Positions 9,181 to 17,606 of a DNA stretch of 64,000 nt are shown here, in pieces. This DNA comes from an uncultured Cellulomonas sp. (GTDB lineage Bacteria; Actinomycetota; Actinomycetes; Actinomycetales; Cellulomonadaceae), in NCBI GenBank assembly GCA_964521875.1, contig CAZFTZ010000071.1:10155-74154 (forward strand). The letters are read 5' to 3'. How positions within the stretch are numbered: position 1 is the first letter of the stretch; each line of letters begins with the position of its first letter. Made by a program: the position numbers and the translations under genes. Below the pieces are notes generated by a model. It saw nothing but the letters and a program-made list of their open reading frames with translations. It was not told the DNA's origin and did no database searches.

Positions 9181-9642
9181 TCAGGTCAGCTTGAGCAGCG
9201 CGCGACCGAGGTGATTGTTCTCGCGCACGAGCCGCGTCAGGAGATCGATGAAGACTGTGCGCTCGCTCTCGCTCAGCGAGCTGAGGATCTTGCGCTGGGC
9301 ACGGCGAGCTTTCACTTCCACATCCCCGACCATCTTCTCGCCGGCTTTGGTGAGGGTGATGTTCTTCTTACGGCGATCTTCCGCGCTGATCTTCTGGATG
9401 AGCAGACCGCGATTTGCAAGGCGGTTGACGACGTTCGCGACATTGGAGCGGTCGAGTCCGAGCTCCTCGGAGATCTCGATATGGCCCACGCCAGGGTTGT
9501 CGGAGACGATCGTGAGAATGCCCCACTGTACGGGGGTGATGTCCACGTCAGCACATTCCTGCAGGAATGCAGCGACTTGAATCTGCTGAAGTCGGCGGAT
9601 CAGAAAGCCAGGTCTTTTCCAAATGTCGTGTGAGCGTTCCAT
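9181..9642 (-). CDS. MarR family regulator, PcaV-like
   Basis: PGFLIRRLQQ, ITPVQWGIL, LGLDRSNVANVVNRL..RGL, DRR...LT..G resemble my recollection of S. coelicolor PcaV. ATG 9642 preferred; TTG 9651 is an alternative. Confidence 0.9.
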   Translation of the reverse strand: MERSHDIWKRPGFLIRRLQQIQVAAFLQECADVDITPVQWGILTIVSDNPGVGHIEISEELGLDRSNVANVVNRLANRGLLIQKISAEDRRKKNITLTKAGEKMVGDVEVKARRAQRKILSSLSESERTVFIDLLTRLVRENNHLGRALLKLT

Positions 9643-9703
9643 CTGAGCCAACGAGTTGCAGCGATCTTGGGTGCGCAGATTCTCCGCGAGCCCGTAACGT
9701 CGT

Positions 9704-11200
9704 TCAAGTACGCAGCAGCCTCATCAGCTCATCGAGTGGTCTTTCCTCGAGCGTGTCGAGCGTGCGCATGAGGGTCTCGATTCGGTTGGCAGCCAAAGAC
9801 GTGCCGGCGAGCCCGCGGAATTTCTCGCCGATCTGACCCCGATCCGCGGGCTTTTGGGGGTGCCCGCTGAAGTAGTCCTTGGCGATGCGGTGCTGGCGAC
9901 CATCCATCAGCGTCACGATCAGCTCAGTAGGCGATTGACCACCGGCGAAGCGCTTGGTGAGTCCGTCGTCTTCGATGATTTCCACCTTACGCAAGAGCTG
10001 CTGCACGTCCGCGCCAAGGATGCGCTCTTGCGTGTATTGGCGTCTGGTGAGCTGCTTGTCGATCAGGGCAGCGGCGATCATGTAGGGGAAGCTGTGATCG
10101 GCCTCCGGCTTCGAAGTGACGCGATAAGGATCGCGTCCCTCGGAGGCGCCGATGTTCAGAATGGCGTCGTGGAAGGTCCGCACTTCGACGGTCTTCACTT
10201 TGTTCGGGTCGATGGGGTGCGCGCGGGCGAGCTCGATCGCGGCTTCCACCCCCGAGAGCGCGTACGTTTCGGCCAGGTAGAGCTTCGTCCAGACCTTCTG
10301 CACGCGTTCCCCGGGTGTGAAGGACAACTGGAAATCGCTACCGACTACGACTTCCTTCCAGCCGCTTCGGCCTTCGAAGGCGCGCGTAGGCCCGACCATG
10401 CCATGCTTGGCCAGAATCACGGCGTTCACCGCCAGGAGCGCTGTATTTGCTGCAGCGAAGCCCTTCCACATCGTGGGCTGTTCGGAACGGGTCACGCGCA
10501 GAGGATTGCTCGAGGCAGCCACAATACTCAGCGCATTCTGCAACTGCCCGGACGAGAGCTGCAGCGCCTTGCCCGCGGCAGCGGTCATCGCGAGGCCCTC
10601 ATATACGAGGTGGTCCCAGCCGCGTTTTCTCGTCTCGACCGCATCTGCGAAGGCGCCCAGCACTTCATACGCCACCGCCATCGCGGCGATCAGATTCCGG
10701 CTGGAGGTCGCCGACAGCTCGGCGCACGCGAGCGTGGGCCCCAGGGCGTCGCTCGGATGCCCGCCACCCTTCGGGCCGACGTACGAGTCCATGAGGTCGA
10801 GATAGCGCGTCATGCTGGTGTTCAGCATCGCGGCGTCTCGCGCGGTCGCCTTCACGGAGTGGCCTATCAGTGTGCAGGGTGCATGAGAGCTCGTGGTAAT
10901 CGAATCGAAGACGATTCCGACTTCCGGTTCGCTCACCGCGCCGATGCCGCACGCGAGCGTGTCGAGCAATCGGTTCTTCAACTGGGACACGGTGACGGGG
11001 GATAGTTTCTCGTAGGTCAGCCCTGTCACGAAATCGGCGAGCTGTGTCAGCGTGGCGTCTGGAAGAGCAGCTGGAGCGTCCCGTGATGTCGCTCCCTTGG
11101 AGTTCGCATCGGGTGGTGCGCCGAGCGCCCGCGTGGACAGACCCGCGAGTGGAAGCGCGGACAGCATCGCCGTCATGATGGACCGTCGAGTCGTATCCAC
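9704..11200 (-). CDS. MmgE/PrpD family protein with Tat signal
   Basis: TTRRSIM twin-arginine leader; LLDTLACGIGA, RYLDLMD, GHPSD, WKGFA, ADHSFPY, GHP. Confidence 0.9.
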   Translation of the reverse strand: MDTTRRSIMTAMLSALPLAGLSTRALGAPPDANSKGATSRDAPAALPDATLTQLADFVTGLTYEKLSPVTVSQLKNRLLDTLACGIGAVSEPEVGIVFDSITTSSHAPCTLIGHSVKATARDAAMLNTSMTRYLDLMDSYVGPKGGGHPSDALGPTLACAELSATSSRNLIAAMAVAYEVLGAFADAVETRKRGWDHLVYEGLAMTAAAGKALQLSSGQLQNALSIVAASSNPLRVTRSEQPTMWKGFAAANTALLAVNAVILAKHGMVGPTRAFEGRSGWKEVVVGSDFQLSFTPGERVQKVWTKLYLAETYALSGVEAAIELARAHPIDPNKVKTVEVRTFHDAILNIGASEGRDPYRVTSKPEADHSFPYMIAAALIDKQLTRRQYTQERILGADVQQLLRKVEIIEDDGLTKRFAGGQSPTELIVTLMDGRQHRIAKDYFSGHPQKPADRGQIGEKFRGLAGTSLAANRIETLMRTLDTLEERPLDELMRLLRT

Positions 11201-11202
11201 GG

Positions 11203-12702
11203 TCAGCTTCGATTTCGCGGGAGCTGGTTGATGAGGTCTCCTATTCCACGGCGCTCGAGAACGTCGACCGTCGCGACAAGTCGAGACTGAGCGTCCGCCG
11301 ACATGTGGTGGGCTGTGAGCCGGCGGAACTTCTCGACCAGTTGCTCGTGGCTCAAGGGGACCGTCGGGTGGCCGCTGAAATAGTCCTGCGCAGCGGTGTA
11401 GTGCGTGCCGTCTCTCATCGTCACGTCGATCGCCACCGGGAATGGGTGGTCGGCGCTTGCGTAGCGCCGGTCGAAGTCTTTGTCGACGGTGACGTGCACC
11501 TTTTTGAGCAGGCTCTGCACGTCGGACTTCATGATGCGCTCGGGGGTATATTGTTCTTCGTCGATGCGCCCGTCGAGCAATCCGACGGCGATGATGTAGG
11601 GAAAGCTGTGATCCGCTTCGGGCTTCGTGGTCACGTGATACGCGTCCTGGCTACCGCTGAAGCCGAGACGTGTGACGGCATTCGAGAAGGACCTCACGTC
11701 GATGCGCTCGACGTCATTGGGGTCCATCTTGTGCTCGCGGGAGAGCTTCGTGATCGCCTCGGCTGCCGATAGGGCGTAGGTCTCGGCGAGGTAGAGTTTG
11801 TACAGCACCCCGTGGGTGCGCTCCCCTTTCGTGAACTGCAACCGGAAGTCTTCGCGCGCGACAACTTCCTTCCAGCCCGTGCGCCCGTCGAACGTGTTGG
11901 TCGGTCCGACCATGCCGTTCTTTGCAAGCAGCGCCGAGTGGACCGCCATCAGTGCGGCGTAGCCTTCGGCAAACCCCTTCCACATCGAGATCTGCTCGGC
12001 CCGGGTGACCTGGAGCGGATTGTAGGAGGCGGCGGTGAGACTCACGGCATTCTTCATCTGAATTGGGTTCAAGCCCAGGACTTTGCCCGCCCCCGCCGTG
12101 ATCGCGATTGCGACGTAGCTGACATGCTCGATACCGGACTTCTCCCGCGAATTGACGATGTCGGCGAACGCTCCCAGGATTTCGTTCGCGACGACCAGCG
12201 ACAGCAGGATGTCTTTTCCGGAGCTTCCGATCAGTTCGCTGCACGCGATTATTGGGCCGACTGCGTTGCTTGGGTGGCCTCCGCCATACGGCCCCGTGTA
12301 GGTATTCATATAGTCGAGAACGCGTGCCATGCCGGTATTGAGCATCGCGGCATCGGGCGCAGAGGCGCGCAACTTGCTGCCCACCAGACTGCACGGCCCC
12401 TTGGCGCTCGATGCGATGGACCTCCTGACAATCTCCACATCGGGCACGTCGATCGCGGCGATCGTACAAGCCAATGTGTCGAGGAGGATGAATTTGGCTT
12501 CGCGAACCGTCTGCGGCGAGAGCTCGTCATAGGTGAGCCCACACGCGAAATCCGCGATGACATCGGACGTGTCCTTCGTAACGGACGGGACTCGAGACTC
12601 GGATGCCGCAAGGGCCCCACCCGCGAATCGCGAGTGGAGCCCGGCAGCCGCGAACGCTGCAAGAAGTGCGCGTCGATTGAGCGTCAGCTGTGACATGGAC
12701 AT
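11203..12702 (-). CDS. MmgE/PrpD family protein with Tat signal (paralog)
   Basis: LNRRALL leader ending in ALA; LLDTLAC, RVLDYMN, GHPSN, WKGFA, KLYLAETYALS, TKPEADHSFPY. Confidence 0.9.
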   Translation of the reverse strand: MSMSQLTLNRRALLAAFAAAGLHSRFAGGALAASESRVPSVTKDTSDVIADFACGLTYDELSPQTVREAKFILLDTLACTIAAIDVPDVEIVRRSIASSAKGPCSLVGSKLRASAPDAAMLNTGMARVLDYMNTYTGPYGGGHPSNAVGPIIACSELIGSSGKDILLSLVVANEILGAFADIVNSREKSGIEHVSYVAIAITAGAGKVLGLNPIQMKNAVSLTAASYNPLQVTRAEQISMWKGFAEGYAALMAVHSALLAKNGMVGPTNTFDGRTGWKEVVAREDFRLQFTKGERTHGVLYKLYLAETYALSAAEAITKLSREHKMDPNDVERIDVRSFSNAVTRLGFSGSQDAYHVTTKPEADHSFPYIIAVGLLDGRIDEEQYTPERIMKSDVQSLLKKVHVTVDKDFDRRYASADHPFPVAIDVTMRDGTHYTAAQDYFSGHPTVPLSHEQLVEKFRRLTAHHMSADAQSRLVATVDVLERRGIGDLINQLPRNRS

Positions 12703-12726
12703 GTGCTCTGCAATGATACTCGAGGA

Positions 12727-15486
12727 TTAGAACGTTACGTTCACACCGAGCACGTACTGGCGCCCATAGCCGTCGTAGAGCTTGTCTTCGAAAGTGATGT
12801 TGTCGTTCTTGATGGGTGGCGGCGCTTCATCGAGCATGTTGTTGACGCTGAAACTGACGACCGCGTTGGAAACTGCGTCCCCTAGGAAACGCAGCGAGTT
12901 GCCGAGCGTGGCGGAGAGTCGGAAGTCGATCGGAAAGAAGGACTCGGCGGGCGTCGGGCGGATGGGATCGCTGACGCTGTCGACATAGTGACCGCTGAGC
13001 GAGGCGCGGTACATGCGTTCAGGTCCGAACGTAAGCATCGCGCGATAGTTGCCGCGCCACCGCGGCATGGGGGCGGCGAAGTTGCTCGCGAATTGACGCT
13101 TGCCTACCCCATCGACCACAGGACCGCCCGGCACCGTTTGGATGTCGTACTTGTGAACGTACGTCGTCGAGCTGTCGAGATCGAGGATTCCCCATCGACC
13201 CAAATCCGCGGTATAGCCCAGGTTGAGGTCGACACCATTCGTCTTGATCGAGGAGAGGTTTGTGATCGGCAACGTGATCTCGATCGGAACCCCGTTCGGG
13301 TCATAGCTGATGAGCGGACTGTTGGGGTTCTGATCGAAAAAGTCCTGAGGCGCGACGGTGCCGACGATGTCCTTGAAGCGGAAATCCCAGAAATCGAGCT
13401 CGGCGCGCCAGCCGCGGTGGCGATATCCGATTCCGAAATTGACGCTGGTGGAGGTTTCTGGCGCCACGTCCGGATTGCCGACGAAGTTGGTAGAGACGGT
13501 CGTCGCGGAGCCGTCCGCGAGAACGAGCGTGGAACCGCCGACCTGTGTGGCGAACAACTGATTGAGACCCGCGGTGCGGAACGCGGTGCTGTAGGTCGCT
13601 CGTAAGGTGAGGTCGTTGATCGGCGTGAAGACGATGCCGATTCGCGGATCGAAGCTGTTCACTCCGCCGCCGAAGTCTTCGTAGCGGCCAGCGAGCGACA
13701 GCTCGAGTTGCTTGACCACAGGAATCCCGAGCTCGACGTAAGCGGCGTTCGCATTCGTCGTGCCGCGTGCGTCGGGATTGACGCCGGCGCCAACGAAGAG
13801 CCCTTCATTGCTCATGATGTCCTTTTCCAGCGCCCACTTGGCGCCGCGGTACTGCACGCCGACGGCACCGCTCATTGGGCCAGCAGGCAGCTTCAACAGC
13901 TCACTCGAGATGCCGAGATCGATGGTCGTCAACTCGGAGGAGCCGTTCTTGTATACGGAAGCCGGCGTGATCCAGTCCTTGATCTCCGGGCTGTTGTAAC
14001 GCGGGTCGCCGGGCTCCGCCAGCAACGAGTTCGCGAACGGATTGAAGTACATGCAGTTACCCTGCCCTGGCACGCCCGTCGCAGGGTCGCACTTGGGGCC
14101 ACCGAGGCCGCGCAGCGCAAGCCCGGTACGACCGCGGATGCTGTCGCCCTCGACGAGATTTTCGTTCACGCTCGAGTAAGTGACATCGAAATTGAGCAAT
14201 GTCTTGTCGTCGAACAGATTCCACTCGAATCCTGTGTTGAGCCGCACGACTTCAGCGGTGGTGTTCGTGCCGATCTTGGCGCCGGGCGCGCGCCAGGGGC
14301 TGCCGTTGAAGTCGGACCGTGCGCCCGTGAGCACGACGTCCTGGCCGAATGGGTTACCGGGATTCGAAGCGGGTACGAGGGAGTCCTCGAGCGTCGCGAG
14401 CGGATAGCCGACTCCCGTCGGGACGCTGCCGCGCTCGACCTCGGTTCTGTTGAACGCCGCTTCGACATGCAGCGAGACAGCCGGGGTGACATCGTAGTGG
14501 CCCCGCACCATCCCGGTGTAACGCACCTCGTCCGAACCGAAACCGCGACCCACGGAGAACGGACGACGGCACATGTTGCCGGACACGAAGGAGACTGGTC
14601 TGCCGATGTCTGCAGGCGAGAGTGCGTCGGCTGCTGCGTCGATGCGCGGATCGCCGCAGAGAGGATCAGGCACGGTTGGGCCATTGCCGCCATTCAGGAT
14701 GTACGAGGACGGCATACCGCTCGCCGTCGACGCTTCGTACTTCTTGAAGCGACTGGCCGGGAACAATTCGTCCAACCATGAAGGGTCGCGCTTCTGATAT
14801 TCGATAGCGGTCACGACTCCGCCGCGCTCGCCCTGCTGTCCCCAGAGCGCCTGGAAATCATAGTCGTTCTTGCCGTCGACTTCGGTCTTCTGCCAGTCAG
14901 CGCTGAAGGTCATGCCCTCGAACTTGTCACGGGTGATGAAGTTGACGACGCCCGCGACGGCGTCGGAGCCGTACACCGCCGCCGCACCATCTTTCAGGAT
15001 CTCGATGCGGTCGAGCATGATCGAGGGCATCAGGGAGTTGACGTCGACCTTGAGGAAGTTCTGCTTGTCGGGCTGCGGGTGAACGGCCTGGCGGTGGCCG
15101 TTGACGAGCACGAGGGTCGCGCCCGGCCCCAAGCCCCTGAGATTGAAGCCGACCGCCGTCGCGTCAGATTGCGAGGTCTTCTCGCCGCTGCTGAAGGAGC
15201 CCGAGTTGATGGTGCTTTCAACGATGAAATCGCCCAAGGTCGCGCGCGGTGTGGTCTCGAGCTGCTCGCGGCCGATCGTCTCGAGCGGCGACGAGATGTG
15301 CGCGTCGGTGGCGCGCCGCAGGTGTGAGCCCGTCACCACGACTTCGCTGATGGGGTCGGCCGTTGCGCCCGGCGCAGAATCTCCCTCGGTTTGCGCTGCG
15401 CACACGCCCGGGAGTGAACTGGCACTGGCAGCGAGGCACGTGGACACAGCGAGATGCAGAATCTTCGGAGTCATGGCTTCTTTCAC
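12727..15486 (-). CDS. TonB-dependent receptor
   Basis: Signal peptide; TonB box EVVVTGS; plug NLRGLG...TLVLVNGHR; IEILKDGAAAVYGSDAVAGVVNFITR; C-terminal Phe. Confidence 0.95.
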   Translation of the reverse strand: MKEAMTPKILHLAVSTCLAASASSLPGVCAAQTEGDSAPGATADPISEVVVTGSHLRRATDAHISSPLETIGREQLETTPRATLGDFIVESTINSGSFSSGEKTSQSDATAVGFNLRGLGPGATLVLVNGHRQAVHPQPDKQNFLKVDVNSLMPSIMLDRIEILKDGAAAVYGSDAVAGVVNFITRDKFEGMTFSADWQKTEVDGKNDYDFQALWGQQGERGGVVTAIEYQKRDPSWLDELFPASRFKKYEASTASGMPSSYILNGGNGPTVPDPLCGDPRIDAAADALSPADIGRPVSFVSGNMCRRPFSVGRGFGSDEVRYTGMVRGHYDVTPAVSLHVEAAFNRTEVERGSVPTGVGYPLATLEDSLVPASNPGNPFGQDVVLTGARSDFNGSPWRAPGAKIGTNTTAEVVRLNTGFEWNLFDDKTLLNFDVTYSSVNENLVEGDSIRGRTGLALRGLGGPKCDPATGVPGQGNCMYFNPFANSLLAEPGDPRYNSPEIKDWITPASVYKNGSSELTTIDLGISSELLKLPAGPMSGAVGVQYRGAKWALEKDIMSNEGLFVGAGVNPDARGTTNANAAYVELGIPVVKQLELSLAGRYEDFGGGVNSFDPRIGIVFTPINDLTLRATYSTAFRTAGLNQLFATQVGGSTLVLADGSATTVSTNFVGNPDVAPETSTSVNFGIGYRHRGWRAELDFWDFRFKDIVGTVAPQDFFDQNPNSPLISYDPNGVPIEITLPITNLSSIKTNGVDLNLGYTADLGRWGILDLDSSTTYVHKYDIQTVPGGPVVDGVGKRQFASNFAAPMPRWRGNYRAMLTFGPERMYRASLSGHYVDSVSDPIRPTPAESFFPIDFRLSATLGNSLRFLGDAVSNAVVSFSVNNMLDEAPPPIKNDNITFEDKLYDGYGRQYVLGVNVTF

Positions 15487-15535
15487 ATTTGCCCCCTAGG
15501 AAGACCGTGATCAGCGATTCGCCGGAATCGTCACA

Positions 15536-15571
15536 TACGCAGTGTACTGAGCGATTACGATGTATACTGAG
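15536..15571. promoter_or_regulatory. Tandem putative MarR operators (20-bp period)
   Basis: Reverse complements are CTCAGTACACTGCGTA (15536-15551; 14/16 to the 8979 box) and CTCAGTATACATCGTA (15556-15571); ~50 bp upstream of the receptor start. Confidence 0.68.
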
Positions 15572-15771
15572 CATTCAAGCTAGCAAATGGTTCGGGGTGG
15601 CGTCAAGAAAGCGACGGGCGTGCCGCGTGAGAGGCGACTCGATTTGAAAACGTGCGCGGAGCAACGTGCACGGCTAGGTTCCGGAACGGAACGGCGGCGG
15701 CGCTCGCCCGCGGGCACGCGCCAACGGGCGGCGTCGTTTGCAGACGGCTAACTACGCGAGGACGCGTGCAC

Positions 15772-16173
15772 CTACAAGCAGCGTTGATCGCTGAGAGTTT
15801 GGCGATACTGCTCGAAAACGGCGAATCGCTCGGCGCCGAGGAGATGCTCGAGTGCGCTATCGAGCTTGCGCCTGTTGGCACGAGTGTGCCGGGAAAGTTT
15901 CCCGGGCAACGAGACAAGCGTTTGCGCGGCGAGGAGTACGTTGTGCTGGTGTGCGGCAATTAGCCGCAAGAGTGCGCTTGCTTCCTGGCCGCTCAGATTC
16001 AGCTCACGGACAAGGGTCATGTAGGCATCGCCGAGCGCGGAGCGCGCCGCAATCTCATAGCGTTCTGGGATCATAGGCAAAGTGAACACGTGACGCGGGG
16101 CGCAACCTGCAATCTCATGGTCGGTCGCGAGCCCTCGATGGTTGGCATCGGCGCCTGAGTTGGACCGGTCCAA
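15772..16173 (-). CDS. Small hypothetical helical protein (start uncertain; possible remnant)
   Basis: Co-directional ORF 13 bp after the upstream stop, with an amphipathic-looking C-terminal half (LDSALEHLLGAERFAVFEQYRQTL). No family recognised. Confidence 0.35.
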   Translation of the reverse strand: MDRSNSGADANHRGLATDHEIAGCAPRHVFTLPMIPERYEIAARSALGDAYMTLVRELNLSGQEASALLRLIAAHQHNVLLAAQTLVSLPGKLSRHTRANRRKLDSALEHLLGAERFAVFEQYRQTLSDQRCL

Positions 16174-16186
16174 GGGGAAGGTGGGA

Positions 16187-17596
16187 CTATCCGAGGGGCT
16201 TCAGGCAAAGCTGCTGGATCATCGGCGTGACGCGGGCATCGCGCGTCTCGAGTATTGCACGAATCTGCAGGAACGCACCGGGCTTGTGGAGCACGTGATC
16301 AGATGTCGGCATATGTGACACCCACTCACTCCAACTCGAGTCAGGCACAGCTGTCGCGCCGCTCCTCGTCTCGAGGACGACACGTGTTAGCGGCCGTCCT
16401 TCGGCGTACCCGATCGATCCGTAGCCGTTGCCGGAGTAGAACAGCTGATACCGACCATTGAGCGCGATCACCTCGGGATATTCGACCATCTCCGAATCCC
16501 AGCCACGACCTGACGGGCCGAGCACCGGTAAGATGGGGCTGCGTTCCCAGTGAATACCATCCAGGGATTCCGCGTAGCCGATGTGATAGTCGCCAGGGCT
16601 GGTGCCGGTGCCAAATCCTTTGGAGTTGTACCACATCTTGAACACGCCCTCTTCGTACAGCACCTGAGGCGTGGCAACCATGAATGCATCCGTCTGAACG
16701 TACGGGTTGTACCCAAGGACCGGGTTGTGCGGATACTTCTCCCAGCGCACCCCATCCCGTGACGTCGCGAGACACACACTGGCGAGATACGGAAACTGCG
16801 AAATACCCGTATACCAGCAATACCAGCGATCACCGATCTTGAGAACCGTGTTGGAGCTGATCGTAGCGCCATCACAGCTCCCGGGCGGACCGAGCGCGAG
16901 CACCGGCTCATCAACTGCACGCGCCCACGAGTGGCCGCCATCCGTGCTCTGCGCAAGCCCGATCTGGTGCTGTTTGACCTGACCATTGAATCGCGTCGGG
17001 TCGTATCCGACGTAGTACATGTACCAGAGCGAGCGAGAGACTTGCACGACCGCAGGGGATAACACTCCGCCCGCATCGAATGCACCGGTCTTACCGGCTT
17101 GCAACACGGGTGCAGGCCGCTTGCGCCATCGGCCGAGGTTCGTCGGGTCGCCATCAGCCGCACCGATGCCCCGATCGCGCGCGCCATAGAACATGGTGAG
17201 CGTACCGCCCGCTTCTACGATGCTACACGTGGTGACGGTACCCTCGTCCCAACTCCCGGGTGTTGCCGTGAGCACGGGATTGTTCGCCGATCTCGACCAC
17301 TCGAGGGGTGTCGTCCATCTGGGGATCCACGTGAGCTCCCATCGCTCCGCGGTACCGGTGGGCAGCGGCGCGCTCGTGTACACGCCTTGGGACGGGTAAC
17401 TCCCTGGCTCACCCGCGAGAAGGATGGCGTCGCGAGCAGCATCATAGCGCGCGCCCCGCCAATCGCCTGCTGAGTCAGCGAGTGAGAGCAGAGAACTGCG
17501 CCGCGGTGATTCCGGCGAGCAGCCCGTCGAGAGCGCGCCTGCGGCCAGGGCGCCTTTCAACAAGGCTCGGCGCGTGATGCGAGCGTGAGAGGACGT
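16187..17596 (-). CDS. Tat-exported five-bladed beta-propeller protein (GH32/43/130-like fold); probable ACG start
   Basis: Five blade repeats (WDEGTVTTCSIV, FDAGGVLSPAV, CDGATISSNTV, TDAFMVATPQV, WDSEMVEYPEV; IGLA.S.DG..W). The in-frame ITRRALLK Tat motif lies upstream of the track TTG (17563). Confidence 0.8.
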   Translation of the reverse strand, partial: TSSHARITRRALLKGALAAGALSTGCSPESPRRSSLLSLADSAGDWRGARYDAARDAILLAGEPGSYPSQGVYTSAPLPTGTAERWELTWIPRWTTPLEWSRSANNPVLTATPGSWDEGTVTTCSIVEAGGTLTMFYGARDRGIGAADGDPTNLGRWRKRPAPVLQAGKTGAFDAGGVLSPAVVQVSRSLWYMYYVGYDPTRFNGQVKQHQIGLAQSTDGGHSWARAVDEPVLALGPPGSCDGATISSNTVLKIGDRWYCWYTGISQFPYLASVCLATSRDGVRWEKYPHNPVLGYNPYVQTDAFMVATPQVLYEEGVFKMWYNSKGFGTGTSPGDYHIGYAESLDGIHWERSPILPVLGPSGRGWDSEMVEYPEVIALNGRYQLFYSGNGYGSIGYAEGRPLTRVVLETRSGATAVPDSSWSEWVSHMPTSDHVLHKPGAFLQIRAILETRDARVTPMIQQLCLKPLG

Positions 17597-17606
17597 GGGC
17601 GTCTCC

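Noticed and set aside
12728-12739. TAGAACGTTACG as a ninth LacI operator
   Set aside because: Three mismatches, and it lies inside the receptor's last codons.
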